NCBI GenBank assembly: GCA_013239625.1
Contig: MU054823.1
Coordinates: 152,305 to 216,304, forward strand
Length of the DNA stretch: 64,000 nucleotides
Reading direction: 5' to 3'
Origin: Lama guanicoe
Lineage: Eukaryota
Of the stretch, positions 13,019 to 24,645 are shown piece after piece. The position numbers and the translations under genes were made by a program. The notes below the pieces were generated by a model that was given only the letters and a program-made list of their open reading frames with translations, made no database searches and was not told the origin of the DNA. Numbering within the stretch: position 1 is the first letter of the stretch; the number at the start of each line of letters is the position of its first letter.

Positions 13019-13204
13019 AGGCTTCCCTACTGGCACTCAGTTGTGGTAGTGGATCGAGTCCTTCCCCAGGAAGTCGAACATCACAACGTATGGGCAGCTG
13101 TCAGCCTCCAGGTGCAGCTGGACGTGCTCCACGCGGAGGGAGCAGCAGCCCACCGCGTCCGCCATCTCGCCCTCCTCCTTCTCGTGCCTGGCTCACAGCG
13201 GCAG
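13019..13204 (-). pseudogene. TOP1MT: TOP1MT exon 8 (catalytic Arg/Lys exon)
   Basis: [60 protein letters not shown]; 186 nt; TGA at 13193-13195 (the LALR catalytic Arg) and at 13037-13039; acceptor reads cgg. Confidence 0.93.
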
Positions 13205-13425
13205 CCGGGGGGCAGGGCCGGGCACACACGGCAGGTGCACAGGCAGGCAAGTACCACACGCACACATGCATATGGATACATACACACATGTAACTGGCGT
13301 GCACACACAGGCCCTTTCACCTGCCCAAGGCTCTGGCTGGGGACACAGAAGCCCCGCCGTCCCCTCCGCTGCCCTGCCTGCCCAACCAGGTCTGTGCAAC
13401 CGACAGAGCCTCTGGGACCCCACAC

Positions 13426-13567
13426 CTTGTCGATGAAATAAAGGGCCACGGCACGTCTCGCTTTCATCTCGTGAGACTTCCAGTCGGCCCAGTAGTGAGA
13501 ACGGATCTTGCCCACCACCCCTTTCAGGCGCCGAGCCACCTCGTACTTTTCCCAGTCTCTCTCCCTC
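13426..13567 (-). pseudogene. TOP1MT: TOP1MT exon 7
   Basis: [46 protein letters not shown]; 142 nt between tag and gtgtgg (one extra nt at the start, one codon lost). Confidence 0.9.
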
Positions 13568-13869
13568 CTAAGTGAAGAGAACAAGTAGCAAAGAAATGCA
13601 CAGCACTCCTGCCAACAGGGAACTGCCGACCCTCGGCCCAGCCCGCTCTCACCTTCGCGGCCCAGGGCCGGGAGCAGACACCAAACTCAGTGAGGCTTAC
13701 GGTGGATGTAAATGTAATTCCTTGCTTTTAAAGACAAATGGCCACTGGACACAATATGATTTCAAAATTGGCTTGTTCACGCCTACGATCTGAGAGAACC
13801 CCTGCCAAAGCGCCCGGCCTGAGCTGAGGGAGGGGCTCCCGGGGGCAGCACAGGCCGAGCTGGGCTCAC

Positions 13870-13994
13870 CTTCAGCTTGGAGCTGGGTTTCAGCATGATG
13901 TACTTGGTGGAGTTCTGGACGTTCTCCGTCCACGCCGCCAGCCACGTGACCGTGCGGTTGGTGACCTGCCGGGGGCTTGGGTATTCTTGAGTCC
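13870..13994 (-). pseudogene. TOP1MT: TOP1MT exon 6
   Basis: DSRIPKPPAGHQ/-20/TVTWLAAWTENVQNSTKYIMLKPSSKLK; 125 nt; the WKEVRSDN segment is deleted. Confidence 0.9.
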
Positions 13995-14650
13995 CTGCAG
14001 CAGGAAAGTGACCCAAACCCAGCAGTTCAAGACCCTGCTCCCTGAAACGTGAGCCAGGCGCCCCCACCTCCCATGCTGTGCTGGCCTAGGCACAGGGGCC
14101 CAGCGTTGGCCAGGGTCAGCCCGAGTCTGTTCGAGCACTGCCTCCTCGCCTCTTAGCTCCTGCTTCGCAGGCATGACAGGCCTGTTCAGGGCGGCCCCCA
14201 TGTGTGGAGGCCAGGGTGGCCATCCCCAGGGCCACATGCATCTCAGGAGTCTCAGCAGCTCCTGGGACACCTCCGCTGACCCCGCCAGGCAGCATCCACG
14301 CAGCAGAGGGACAGAAGCTCCTGCTGGAGCACAGCCCGCCAGCACAAGCGGGAACTCTCTTCCCACACGTTCCAGACACTCGCGTGTTACTAGATTATCC
14401 CAGGAACTTGAAATGCGGAAAACTGTCGAGAGCATGCAGACACTCTCCTGCTGGGGTAAAACTCCAGCCGGGGGCAGAGTGGTGAGGGCTGGTTCAGCTA
14501 ACAGCACACAGGCTGCAGCACAGGCGTCCACCCTGGGGAGAGGCGCCCTCCCGCCCAGCCCTCAGAGCCCTGCGTAACAGCAACACACTCGGCAACAGGC
14601 CCCCCGCCCCCGGTGAGGAGCAGGGTTGCACGCGAGTGGCCTGCACACAC

Positions 14651-14832
14651 CCACTGCAGCTGATGGTCACGCCCTCCAGCATGACCCTCCTCTTCAGCAT
14701 CCCCATCTCAGGGTGGTTGCCACGGCCCCGGAACAGCCCTGGGGGCTCAGTCTTAAAACTGCCCATCTTCTCTCGGTGCCTAAAATACAGTAGCCAAACT
14801 CTGGCTGAAGCTCCTCAGCCTCTTCTTTGAGC
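14651..14832 (-). pseudogene. TOP1MT: TOP1MT exon 5
   Basis: [17 protein letters not shown]/-4/[42 protein letters not shown]; the acceptor AG and first bases are missing. Confidence 0.9.
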
Positions 14833-15264
14833 CACAGATGTTAGTGGTAGGGGGACAGGGTGGGCCTGATGCCCCAGTGTGCTGGGTTAGCCGGGCTCGG
14901 GAGCCCCGTGAGGACCAGCAGGCCAAGGGCTGGGCAGGTGCCCAGTCCCTGTGGTCTGGGCACTTACACCACGGAGAGTGAACTGATCCTCCCACTGTAT
15001 CACACGGCAGGTTCCCTTCCCACGTGCCCTGGGTAGACCCAGCATTTTTAAACACATTGAGATGCACGTAACTTGGAAGTGTCCGAGACCACGATGGGGC
15101 CAGATCAGAGGCCCCTCCACCACATCTCCGCGGCTCAACCAGAAGAATCCCACAGGGATGGCGATCCTGACAGGATGGGGTCTTCGGCTCCGGCCCCACG
15201 CACACCAGCAGCCTCCCACTGCGGCCCAGGAGCCCAGGCCAGACTGGGCCCTGCACAGCCTGAC

Positions 15265-15387
15265 CTGCTTCTCCTCCCTGGACAGGGCTTTCCGGGCGGC
15301 GGTCCTGTCCGCAAAGTACCTGTGGATCTCAGTGAAGTCACAGTTGTCCAGGCGCTGGATTACTTTCCTCTCTTATGCCGTCATCTC
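15265..15387 (-). pseudogene. TOP1MT: TOP1MT exon 4
   Basis: [40 protein letters not shown]; 123 nt; first premature stop TAA at 15373-15375. Confidence 0.93.
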
Positions 15388-16186
15388 CTGCACCAGAGCC
15401 AGACATGCCTCTCAGCATCTATTGTGGGCATTGGGGACCTCCCCACCACAGCCAGGCCCTCCACGGGACACGGTGACATCGCAGAAGCCAGAGGAACAGA
15501 ACTGAGTGCACCAAGTCCGTCCAGTCCAGCAGCCTTTGTAGTTGTCTCCCAGAGGATGGCCTTTCCAGCAGGTGGCCAGGTCCCAGTGGCCTTCTGAGTT
15601 GGGCCACACAGCCACATCTGAAGACCAGCCCCACTGGCTGCCGTGGGGCCTGCAGACCATGTCCAGCACCGAGGGGTCCTCAGTCACTCTTCAGGAAGAT
15701 GACCTGCCACTCCCCACACAGTAGGAGCGCACACGACAGCCACACTGCAGAATTGCTGGGTGGTCCCCAACCCAGCCATACGTGTAGCCCATGACCCCAC
15801 CATCCTGCCCTCAGTCCCTGCAGAGGGGTGGGCACACAGCCACATGACCCCTTGTCAGAACCCTAGTGCCCGTCAGCTGAGAAGTGGACACGTGCTGTGC
15901 TGGCGTCCTGCTGAGAGCAGCCCTGAAGGGGCCTGGGGCATGCCTTCTCCAGCCAAGTCCACAGGTATAGACAAGGTGGGTGCAGATGCGCACATAACCC
16001 AGTTTTTTTAAATGAGAAAAAACTAGTTAACTATAACCTTATCTTCAAAGAGCTTCCCAACAAATGTTTGTTTCCTGGGAGCCTAAAATTACCCCTCCCG
16101 GCCCCCTATGGCAGGCAGGCGACTGCCAGCCCCAGGCCAAGCTGTGAAATGGGGCCACTGAGAAACTGAGGCCATGTAGCACTCAC

Positions 16187-16308
16187 CTTCCGCCAGCCAC
16201 TGAAGAAGTTGTTCTGGAAAACTTCCTTTGCTGTGCACTCGTGATCCAACATTTTCCCATAAAACGTGGTGACCTCCTCTGCTGCTAAACTCAACTTGAC
16301 AGGCTTTC
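16187..16308 (-). pseudogene. TOP1MT: TOP1MT exon 3 (frame intact)
   Basis: cag|[41 protein letters not shown]|gtgagt; 122 nt. Confidence 0.93.
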
Positions 16309-17838
16309 CTGGAGGCATCAGGAGACACATGGTTCAGGGAGCTGGCACGGTTTGCCCTCCAGCACACAGAATTCTGCTCTTTAAATCACAGTTACACATG
16401 CTGCCAAGAGCAAGGAATTCTGGCTTTAATCAAGAAGCACGTTCTCAATTTAAGAAAACGACTACACTTGCGAACACTTGCTACACAGGTGTTCACCCCA
16501 GATTATGGGCTGGGCCCCGTGGAAAGTGCCAGCGGCCACAACTGCTCACACGTGTCCTGCTTTAACACTGTTTTGCTAGTGTGCTCATGTGGAAGCTTAC
16601 AGCTCAACAACACGTGCAGTTTTAGAACACGCATCACCACATAATTATAGAAGCAGAACAACAGTTAAGGTTTTAAAGCAAAAACGTGTGAACTGTAGGA
16701 GCTGCGCCCTCGTTTGCCCAGCTGCTTTCAACATTTCATTCCAAGGATCGGCGTGTATTAGAGGCGGCTCAACGGAGAGCAGGTGGTCCAGCAAAGCAGG
16801 GTGAAAGCCGATGTGGGTGAGGGGGGTTCACCATGGAGTGCTCTCAACTGCTGTGTTTGAAAATATTCGTAACAAAATGTTGGAAACGTAACTATGCAGT
16901 CGTTTGGTAACAAGGAAAAGGGCATTTGTGATAAAACAGCAGTTCTTCCCAAAACTAGCTTCTCGGGAGAACAGAGAACTGGGGCAGCAGCCAAGGCCCG
17001 AGGGGCTCAGCTCCTGCCCTGTGAGCCCCTCCCCACGCAGGGCCACCCAGGCCGCCCACTCCCCACTCCTGTCCCAGGCCGCGAGCTGCCCTCTGGAGCG
17101 GCGGAGGCAGTGGGGCCTGTGCCTACCAGGCACCCATGCAGCGCAGGGCACCTTCAGAAGCCTTGCTCAAGCACGGACGCAGCAAGTGGGGGGAAACGGG
17201 CCAAACTAGCAGCACAAAACCAAGCAGAAGCTCCTGCCCAAGGGGTGGAGAGGATGAGGGCCGAGGCAGGGCAGTGAGGGCAGGTGATTTGGCACCCACA
17301 GGCCCGCAGTAACCCGCTCAGTTGCTTGTTAGGAAGTGAATGTGGGAGCCCACAGGCAACGTGCTCCAATACCCAGGGGCCCAGAGACTCAGGCCCTCAC
17401 CCAGAGGGCCAGTCCCCAAGGCAGGGCCACGGGGGCACAGCAGGAAGGCAAGGGTGGAAGAACCCAGCTGGGTAAGTTGGAGCACACCACCTGGTCCGTC
17501 TTGCGCTGCATGCATCCCCGCCCCCAGCAGCCCTTGGAAACTCCGCACTCCCAGGGTTCTGGGGGGCGCCAGGCTGCAGCTGCTGGAGCACAGAGGCCCC
17601 GTGATCTCTCCAGGAACCTCGGGACTGCAGACTTGGAGGCTGCCTAGCCTGGATCCTGAGCAAAGGTCAACTGTCCCCCAGGTGCACAGGCCTCCCAGAC
17701 TTCCGTGGGCCAGCTCCCCCAGGGCGCCGAGGTGGGAGAGCCTCCGAGGGAGCAGGAGGCCCAGGGGACCACTAGTCACGGGGTGCAGAGGCGGCTCCTT
17801 GGCCCCTGGTCCCTCGGGCCTCGGGGAGCTGTTCTCAC

Positions 17839-17951
17839 CGCTGTAGTAGAAGCGAACTCCAGCAGGAAGGGGCTCGGACGGGGACGCAAAGCACGGTCCT
17901 CTGTGCTCCAACTGCATCCACTTCATGCCGCCTGGTCTATTCTCTTCCCAC
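17839..17951 (-). pseudogene. TOP1MT: TOP1MT exon 2 (frame intact, phase-2 start)
   Basis: cctccag|G-WEENRPGGMKWMQLEHRGPCFASPSEPLPAGVRFYYSG|gtgaga; 113 nt; conserved GPYFAPPYEPLP is degraded to GPCFASPSEPLP. Confidence 0.93.
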
Positions 17952-20549
17952 CTGGAGGACCCACAAGAAGGCTTCCTCTCTCACTCCGCACCTGCGCACC
18001 GCAGGCCTTCGAGCACGAGTCCCTAGTGGAGGCCTGTGACTCCACCTCCTAGCTAAGCCAGTGAGAAGCAGGCGGGGTCATCCACGAGGGGCGGGGCGCC
18101 AGGACTAACCTGCCCAAGCTCAAACCACACCTCCTGGGCAGGGAGTCTCCCCAAGCTGGGTGCCTTCAGGGCTGCTCCAGAGCCCCCGCCTGTCTCTAGA
18201 GGACACCCCCTACCCAGCCCTTCCAGGAGCCAGAGACGTGTGCCCTGTGACCATTTTTTTCCTAAACAAAGGCCTAGCTGCAGCCCTACCTCCCAGGAGC
18301 CAGGCTGAATGGGAGGTGGGCAGAGCTGCCTATGAGGAGAGGGGTGGCCAGGACCACAGGGGCCCGGGTCAGCCCACAGAGGACAGGGACGGAGCAGACA
18401 TAGCAGCAGAGAGGAGGCCCAGGGGTGCGAGTCTTGGGGACCCTAGGGAGGGATTTGGTATTGGTTGTAGGTCTTGTGTGGCCCCACATCCCCATGAGCC
18501 TGGCCAAGATCCCCGCCCCTACCTGTCCCCAGAGCTTCCTGAGGCAGCACAGGAAGGCCTGACTCCCCGTGACCCTGTCACCTACCCCCTGGCCCCAGAG
18601 CTCTCCCAAGGGGCTGCCCTGGACCAGTGCTTGCTGGGTCCTGGGACACAGATGACCATCAAGCCCCTTCCCAAGGAACTGAGGCGAGTGAGGAGGTGAG
18701 TTCAGACAGACGCTTGTCTTGGCAAAGATGGAAGGGTAGAGGGGTGGCTGGCAGTGGGGCGGGCAGGGTTTCTGCCGGTTAAGTTCTACTGGTAGAGCCA
18801 GGAGAAAAGCAACTCCCAGCAGAAGGAAAAGCAGGTGCAGAGGCCCTGGGACGGCAAAGGCCTCGGCCTGGCAGAGCTGCCAGCACGGGGAGCCTGCTGG
18901 GCCTTCCCCAACCGCCAGGCACTGCTCTCGGCATCGGCACCATGAGGCAGGAGACCTGCCGGGCTCAGGCTGCCTGGGCAAGGTGGGCCCCGGAGACTCA
19001 CTTCAGCCTGTGCTACTCAGGTGAGTACCCTAGAGCTACAGGAAGCCCCCCAGGGCTTGAGGAAGGAAGGGACAAGCGAGACAGACATCTATGAGAAGAC
19101 CCTGCCAGCTGTTTCTGCAAGGAGGGTTGGGGCCACACAGGAACAGGAGCAGAGGGGCTGCATTTAGGTGGAGCCCGTGACTGGGGGGAAGTCAAGTAGT
19201 TTAAGAATGTTCTGGGGTGGAATCAAGGGGCTCTGGTGATAAGGCGGGAGCACCCCGCAGCAGAGGCGGAGGGGGCAGGAGGGCCTGTGCCCAACGTGGA
19301 GCAGGCACCATGCATCTCACTGGTTTTAGGACGTCATCCTGCTGAACTGTTCCAGCAGACCTAGGGTAGTGCTAACGGTAGGGTGAGTGATTAATAACAA
19401 GAACGTAAACTACAACAGTACTTTCTTTCTGAATCAAGGGAAGACACATCCTGTTTTAGATGTCAGAAATGTGACAAAACACAGATCTCAGGTCTGACTG
19501 GCGGTCAGTAGGTGCTGGGCAGCGGGCTGAGCTTCTCACCAAAACCTCTGGCAGATGCTACCATCATCCCTACTACAGACAAGGAGCTGAGGTCAAGGTC
19601 TAGCAACTCACCGGCCACTAGCTGACCTGGGCCTGCCGTGGCGCTCAGCAGAGCCCTGCATGTTGCAGGGAGCCCCGCCCCTCAGCATCAGCCCCGCCCC
19701 TTCATGATCTGCCCCCAGCCCTCACCGCAGGGCCGGGGGGTCCAGAAGGCCCCAACCCTGCGCACTTGGCCTGTTGTCCCTCCACAGATCGCGATACCAA
19801 GCACTGCCATCAGAGGCAAGCTGGCTTTCTAAGGGAGACCTTGCTCCAAACTACTTGCCCAACCTCGTGCAACTGCAGCTCACAGCTCTTTATGGATCGT
19901 GTCTACCAAGGATGCCCCAGTTCTATGTGTGGGCCCGACCCCCCGTTCCCAGAATGCCATCCTACCCACCCTGCTGGTGCTGTCTCCTCACCCCAAGCAG
20001 GGCCAGAGCCCCCAGAGGCAGACAAGACCCTTCCGCTGTGTGACCATGCCCAGTTTCTGGCTCCTGGCTGTAAAGTGGATGTACTGACAGCACTTGGGTC
20101 ACAGGATGGTGGCCCTTCAGGCCACAGTGTCACCATCCCGTAGGCACTAAGTTAATGACATTAGAGCTCCAACAGGAGCTCCTGAGCACAGCCCTGTGGG
20201 GGTGTGAGCCCACCCAGGTCTTTGGAAATGTTAACAACTCATGCACAAGAGAACCCCACCTCCCTCCAGCTATCCCACACCCCCTCACAACTCACCCCCG
20301 ACATGACCACATCCCCCACGAAACAGCTTGGAGCACTGTGGGCAGAAGCCAGCCTCAGCTCAGAGCACAATGGCCACTAAGGGGCGACTGGACACGTGGT
20401 ACGTGCCCATGATGAGAATGAAGGAGCTGCAACTCCTGGAAAGGAGTAACTGAGAATCCCGCACAGATGAAACAGCCAGCGTCAGACCACAGACATACCA
20501 AGTTCAGACCAAACACTGCAGGACTCACGCTAGCACAGCTCCCTAAGCA

Positions 20550-21020
20550 ACAAAGGGAAAAACCGCGGGGAAGAAACCCCCGCGTGGGGGCCCGGGGGAG
20601 CTGGGGTGAGACGGGGCGGGGCTCGCACGCCCTGGGTCAGGAAACGGCAAGTGCTGCGTCTGCGGTCTCAGGCCACACCCCGAGAGCAAGGCCAGCGCTC
20701 CCGGTGCGCTCCCATCCCGCCCGGCGCCCTCGGCCACCTTACCCAGCTGGGCTGACGACCCTCCCCCGGGGCTGGGGGCTTTGGGGGCGTCGGCGCTCAT
20801 CCGCTCTCCCGCCTCAGGAGCCCGGGGAGCCAGAACCTGCCCCCCACCAGCAAAGCGCCCCGCCCCCAGCCCTCACCGCAGGGCCAGCCCCGCCCCGAAG
20901 GCCCCGCCCCCGAAGGCCCCACGTGGATGCGGACGCGGCTGGCCGCGAGGAGAGCCGGTCGGGGCCGCCGGGCAGGGGCTCCTCGGTGGGGGCGTCTTCC
21001 AGGCGGCACACGGAGGCACA
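20550..21020. promoter_or_regulatory. CpG island / GC-box promoter, probable proximal (mitochondrial isoform) TOP1MT promoter
   Basis: High CpG density and several ccccgcccc GC boxes, about 2.8 kb upstream of exon 2. Confidence 0.65.
20743..20853 (-). pseudogene. TOP1MT: Probable decayed TOP1MT exon 1 (mitochondrial targeting peptide)
   Basis: Strong donor TGG|gtaagg at 20742. The phase-2 frame ends ERRRPQSPQPRGRVVSPAG but has an upstream TGA; LLVGGRFWLPGLLRR (presequence-like) lies in another frame starting at TTG. The only ATG (20800) is out of phase with exon 2. Confidence 0.45.
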
Positions 21021-22199
21021 AGGCAGGGCCAGGGAGGCTCTTGGCGCTGTCCCTTGTCCCCGCCTGGCTCCTCCGCCCACTTCCCTGTGCTCTTGGTCCA
21101 GCCTCCTGACGCTGTGGACGGACAAGCCCAGGAGCCAGTCCAGTCCAGCCGGCCCCTCGTCATCAGGCCCTGGCCCAGAGCAGCGGGATGCTCACGACCG
21201 GTATGAGGCTCCTCCCGGAAGGCAGCCTGGGAACAGCGCGGGCCTCACTCGGTAGGCGTTGCCGGAACACCCAGGAGCACATCTTCGGTACTGCCCACCT
21301 CCCTACTCCCCCACCTCCCGCTCCAGCTCCGAAGGGCAGCTGGTAGGTCCTCTGTAATCTCACGCTCCCAGGCCAGACATGGGAGACAGGCACCTCCAGG
21401 CTGTCAGGGGCCCTACAGTGCCACAGGCAGGTGAGGCTGTGTAAGGGCACAGAGTGTGAATGCCAGCGTGGCCTTCCTTTCAGCCCCCATGCAGCCTCTC
21501 AGAAGAGGTGCCTTTTGGTAACTGTCCCTACAAGTACTGCAACACAATCACTGAGGACCAGCCCTTCACCTCTCACCTCTGTGCAGCTGAACCCTCCCCC
21601 AACACTCACTGTCCCGGAACCCGACACCTACTTTCGCCCTGGGCAGCCTGGCCCAGCTGCAAGCCCTCTAGGGCTGGTCCTGGTGGGCAGAGGGACACAG
21701 GGTGCTCATCTGTGGGCCGGGAGCCAGCAGCAGGTCACACTGCTCCACCACCTGTCAACCTTGGGCAGGTGCTTGACTTTCCCGCATCTGTAAAATGGGC
21801 TTAGGGACTGGGGGAAGTGTCCACCCACAGAGCACACACCAGGCCCAGGCTCACTTGCTGTGATCACCCAGGGGGAATTCAACAGAGACAAGGCCACCCC
21901 ACACCCTCACTAACCCCCACCACTGCCACCAATTCCTCAGTCCCCACTGACATCTAGTGGCTGAAGCACTGGCCCAGAGCTACGCACCCAGGCCGGCCAC
22001 AGTGGTCACCACCATTTTGAAAAGGGCCACGCAGCTGCTGGCTGGACACACACCGGGACGGCAGCAGTGGATGCTCCATAAGGCCTGCTCCATGCCAGGC
22101 ATGCTTAGAGCCCTCACATGTGATCTCTCTTGTAACCTTCTAAGATCAGGCAGTACAGCCCAGCACAGGCTCACCATGCCTTCAACACAATCCTGAGGC

Positions 22200-23710
22200 C
22201 ACCGTGCTTTCAAATTCAAACAAACAGGGACATGTCAGGACAGAAACCATAAGATCTCTCAACAGATGCTGAAAAGGCACCTGAAAAAAATCCAACACCT
22301 TTTCATGATAAAAACAAACAACCCACACTCAACAAAGTAGGAAGAGGAACCCCTTGAACCTGAGACAGAGCAGCTGAAGCCCCACAGTGACGTCACACTC
22401 AGAGGTGGGAGAACGCCATGTCCCCTGAGAGCAGGATCGGCACTGCTGTCCACCATGGTCCGGGAGGCTCTAAGCAGAGCCCACGGGCAAGAAAACAGCA
22501 TAAAAGGCATCCAGGTTTGACAGGAAGAAGTCAGCTGTCTTCACCTGCAGATGGTATGATCTTGTGTATAGAAAACCCAGGAAGATTCCACAAAGAAAAA
22601 TTAGAGCTAATAAATTAATTCAACAAAGTTGCAGGGTACAACATCAGTACACAAAAATCAGTTTTCTTTGCACCTGCAGTGAATAACCCAAGAATGAAAT
22701 TAAGAAAGGAGTCTACTCACAGTAGCACCAGAAAAAAAAATACATAGGAATAAATTTATCTAAGTGAGCAAAAGACTTGCACACTTTAAAGTACAAAACA
22801 TGCTGAAAGAAATTAAAGAAGATGTAAATAAACGGAAAGTCAGCCCGTGTTCACAGATGAGAAGACTTCACTTCACTGAGATGGCAGTATTCCCTAAAGT
22901 GATCTACAGACAAAACTCAATCCGCACCAAAAGGATGGCTTCTTTGCAGAAACTGACAACCAATTCAATCCTAATTCATATGGAAATATGAGACATCCAG
23001 AATAGTCAAAACAATCTTGAAAGAGAATAACAAAGTTAGAGGACTCATACTCTGATTTAAAAGCTCACAATAAAGCATCAGTAATTAAGACAGCGGTGGT
23101 ATTGGCATAAAGATAAACATATAGGTCAACGGAGTAGAACTGAGAGTACAGAAATAAACCCGTATTTCTATGGCCACCTGACTTTCCACAGGGGTACCAA
23201 GACCATTCAACAGGGAAAGAAGTCTTTTCAACAAATGGTGCTGGACTTTCCACATGCAAAAAATAAAATTAGACACCATTCTCAAAAGTTAACTTAAAAC
23301 TGATCAAAGACCTAAAACTAAAACTGAAAAACTCTAAGAGAAAAAAAAAAGTGAATCTTCATGACTCTGGATTAGATACTAGTTTTTAAATATGATTCCA
23401 AAAGCATAAGCAAAAACAAAACAGCCAAAATGGACTCATCAAAATCAAACTCTGCTGCTTCAAAGGACACCATCAAGAACGTGAGAAGACAACCCAGAGA
23501 AAATGTTTGCAAGTCATGTATCTGACAACAGCCTAGTCATCTCAACATATAAAGAACTCTTACATCTCAAGAAAAGACAAATGAAAAAAAAAACAGGCAA
23601 AGGAACTGAACAGATATTTCTCAAAAGAAGAGACACAAATGGCCAGTAAGCACAGAAGACGCTCAATATCAGCCATAAAGGAGATGCTGATCGCACCCAC
23701 CCACTTCGTA
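22200..23710 (+). mobile_element. LINE-1 ORF2 fragment (reverse transcriptase to C-terminal region)
   Basis: Clear L1 ORF2 phrases (agatgctgaaaaggcacctgaaaaaaatccaacacctttcatgataaaaac; gcagatggtatgatcttgtgtatagaaaaccc; aagtcttttcaacaaatggtgctgg); multiple stops. Confidence 0.9.
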
Positions 23711-23914
23711 GGCCTTTCCGTGTCTCCTCATACTCAGCAACGCCACACAGCAGGTAAGAGAAACCCCGTGTTGCATACAAGAGAAACAAGGCTCAGGAAA
23801 CTTAACTCCCCCAGAATCACACCATTGCTGAATGCAGGAGCTGATGATACCAGTAAAGACTATTCTGACCCTGAAGCTGGCAACGCGATTTGTAGTCACC
23901 CCTTCACAAGGTAT

Positions 23915-24230
23915 GAAGCAGCACTGCCCAGCAGAAACGTGACACTAGCCACATGTGGATTTTAAGTTGTCTAAAAACCAGAAGAAACAGGTGAATTTGA
24001 GTTTTGATTTTTAACATATACTTAATCTCAATGAATACATCTGAAATACTGCCATTACAAAGTGACCAGTATAAAAAATTGGTGAGTTAGTGCACATTCT
24101 TTTTTCCTACTATTTGAAATCATCATACATTTTATACCCACAACATGTCACCACTGGGACCAGCCACATCTCAGGCACTCAAAGCCACATGTGGCTGGTG
24201 GCTGGTGGCTGCAAATGGGACAGCCCAGGG
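23915..24230. mobile_element. hAT-Charlie non-autonomous DNA transposon (MER33/MER3-like)
   Basis: cagcactgccca...agccacatgtgg...AT-rich core...agccacatgtggctggtggct...ggacagc. Confidence 0.65.
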
Positions 24231-24254
24231 GTAATGATTAAGATAACAGTGTCC

Positions 24255-24425
24255 AATGTCTGCTCCTCTGCTTAGTGGCTGTGTGACCATGGGCAAGTTA
24301 CTTAACTTCTCTGTGCCTTGGTTTCTCATCTGGAAAGTTTAGATAACAGCACCTGCCTCACCAGTGGCTGGCTAAAACGATGCAGACCAGAGCAAGCGCT
24401 TCATCATCTCAGGGGTGCTAGTGAA
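24255..24425 (+). mobile_element. MIR SINE
   Basis: gctgtgtgaccatgggcaagttacttaacttctctgtgccttggtttctcatctggaaa, the MIR core. Confidence 0.8.
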
Positions 24426-24645
24426 TACTGGTTCTCGACAGCACCTGGTGAAACCTACATTTCAGAGCTGCTCCTGCACTGCAGCGTTCAGGAGTTCCCC
24501 ACCAGCCCTTCCCAACAGGCCCACAGCCAGCATCCCAGGCCTGAAAGAGGCCAGAGACCCCTGCAGGCAGAGATGCACACGGGGCAGGGGCGGGGCCAAG
24601 GCTGCAGGGTGGTGCCGGTTGTGGGCGGGGCCGCAACGGACATAC

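Larger units (their letters stand above)
7169..17951 (-). pseudogene. TOP1MT: Mitochondrial DNA topoisomerase I, unitary (unprocessed) pseudogene, core exons 2-14
   Basis: 13 exons homologous to TOP1MT exons 2-14 in the correct order, ending ...DEDFEF*, with many stops, frameshifts and splice-site lesions (see exon entries). Confidence 0.95.

Noticed and set aside
13870-14832. Compensating -4 and -20 deletions restoring the TOP1MT frame
   Set aside because: The net -24 is in frame, but an upstream stop in exon 4, the lost exon 5 acceptor and the downstream stops make rescue impossible.
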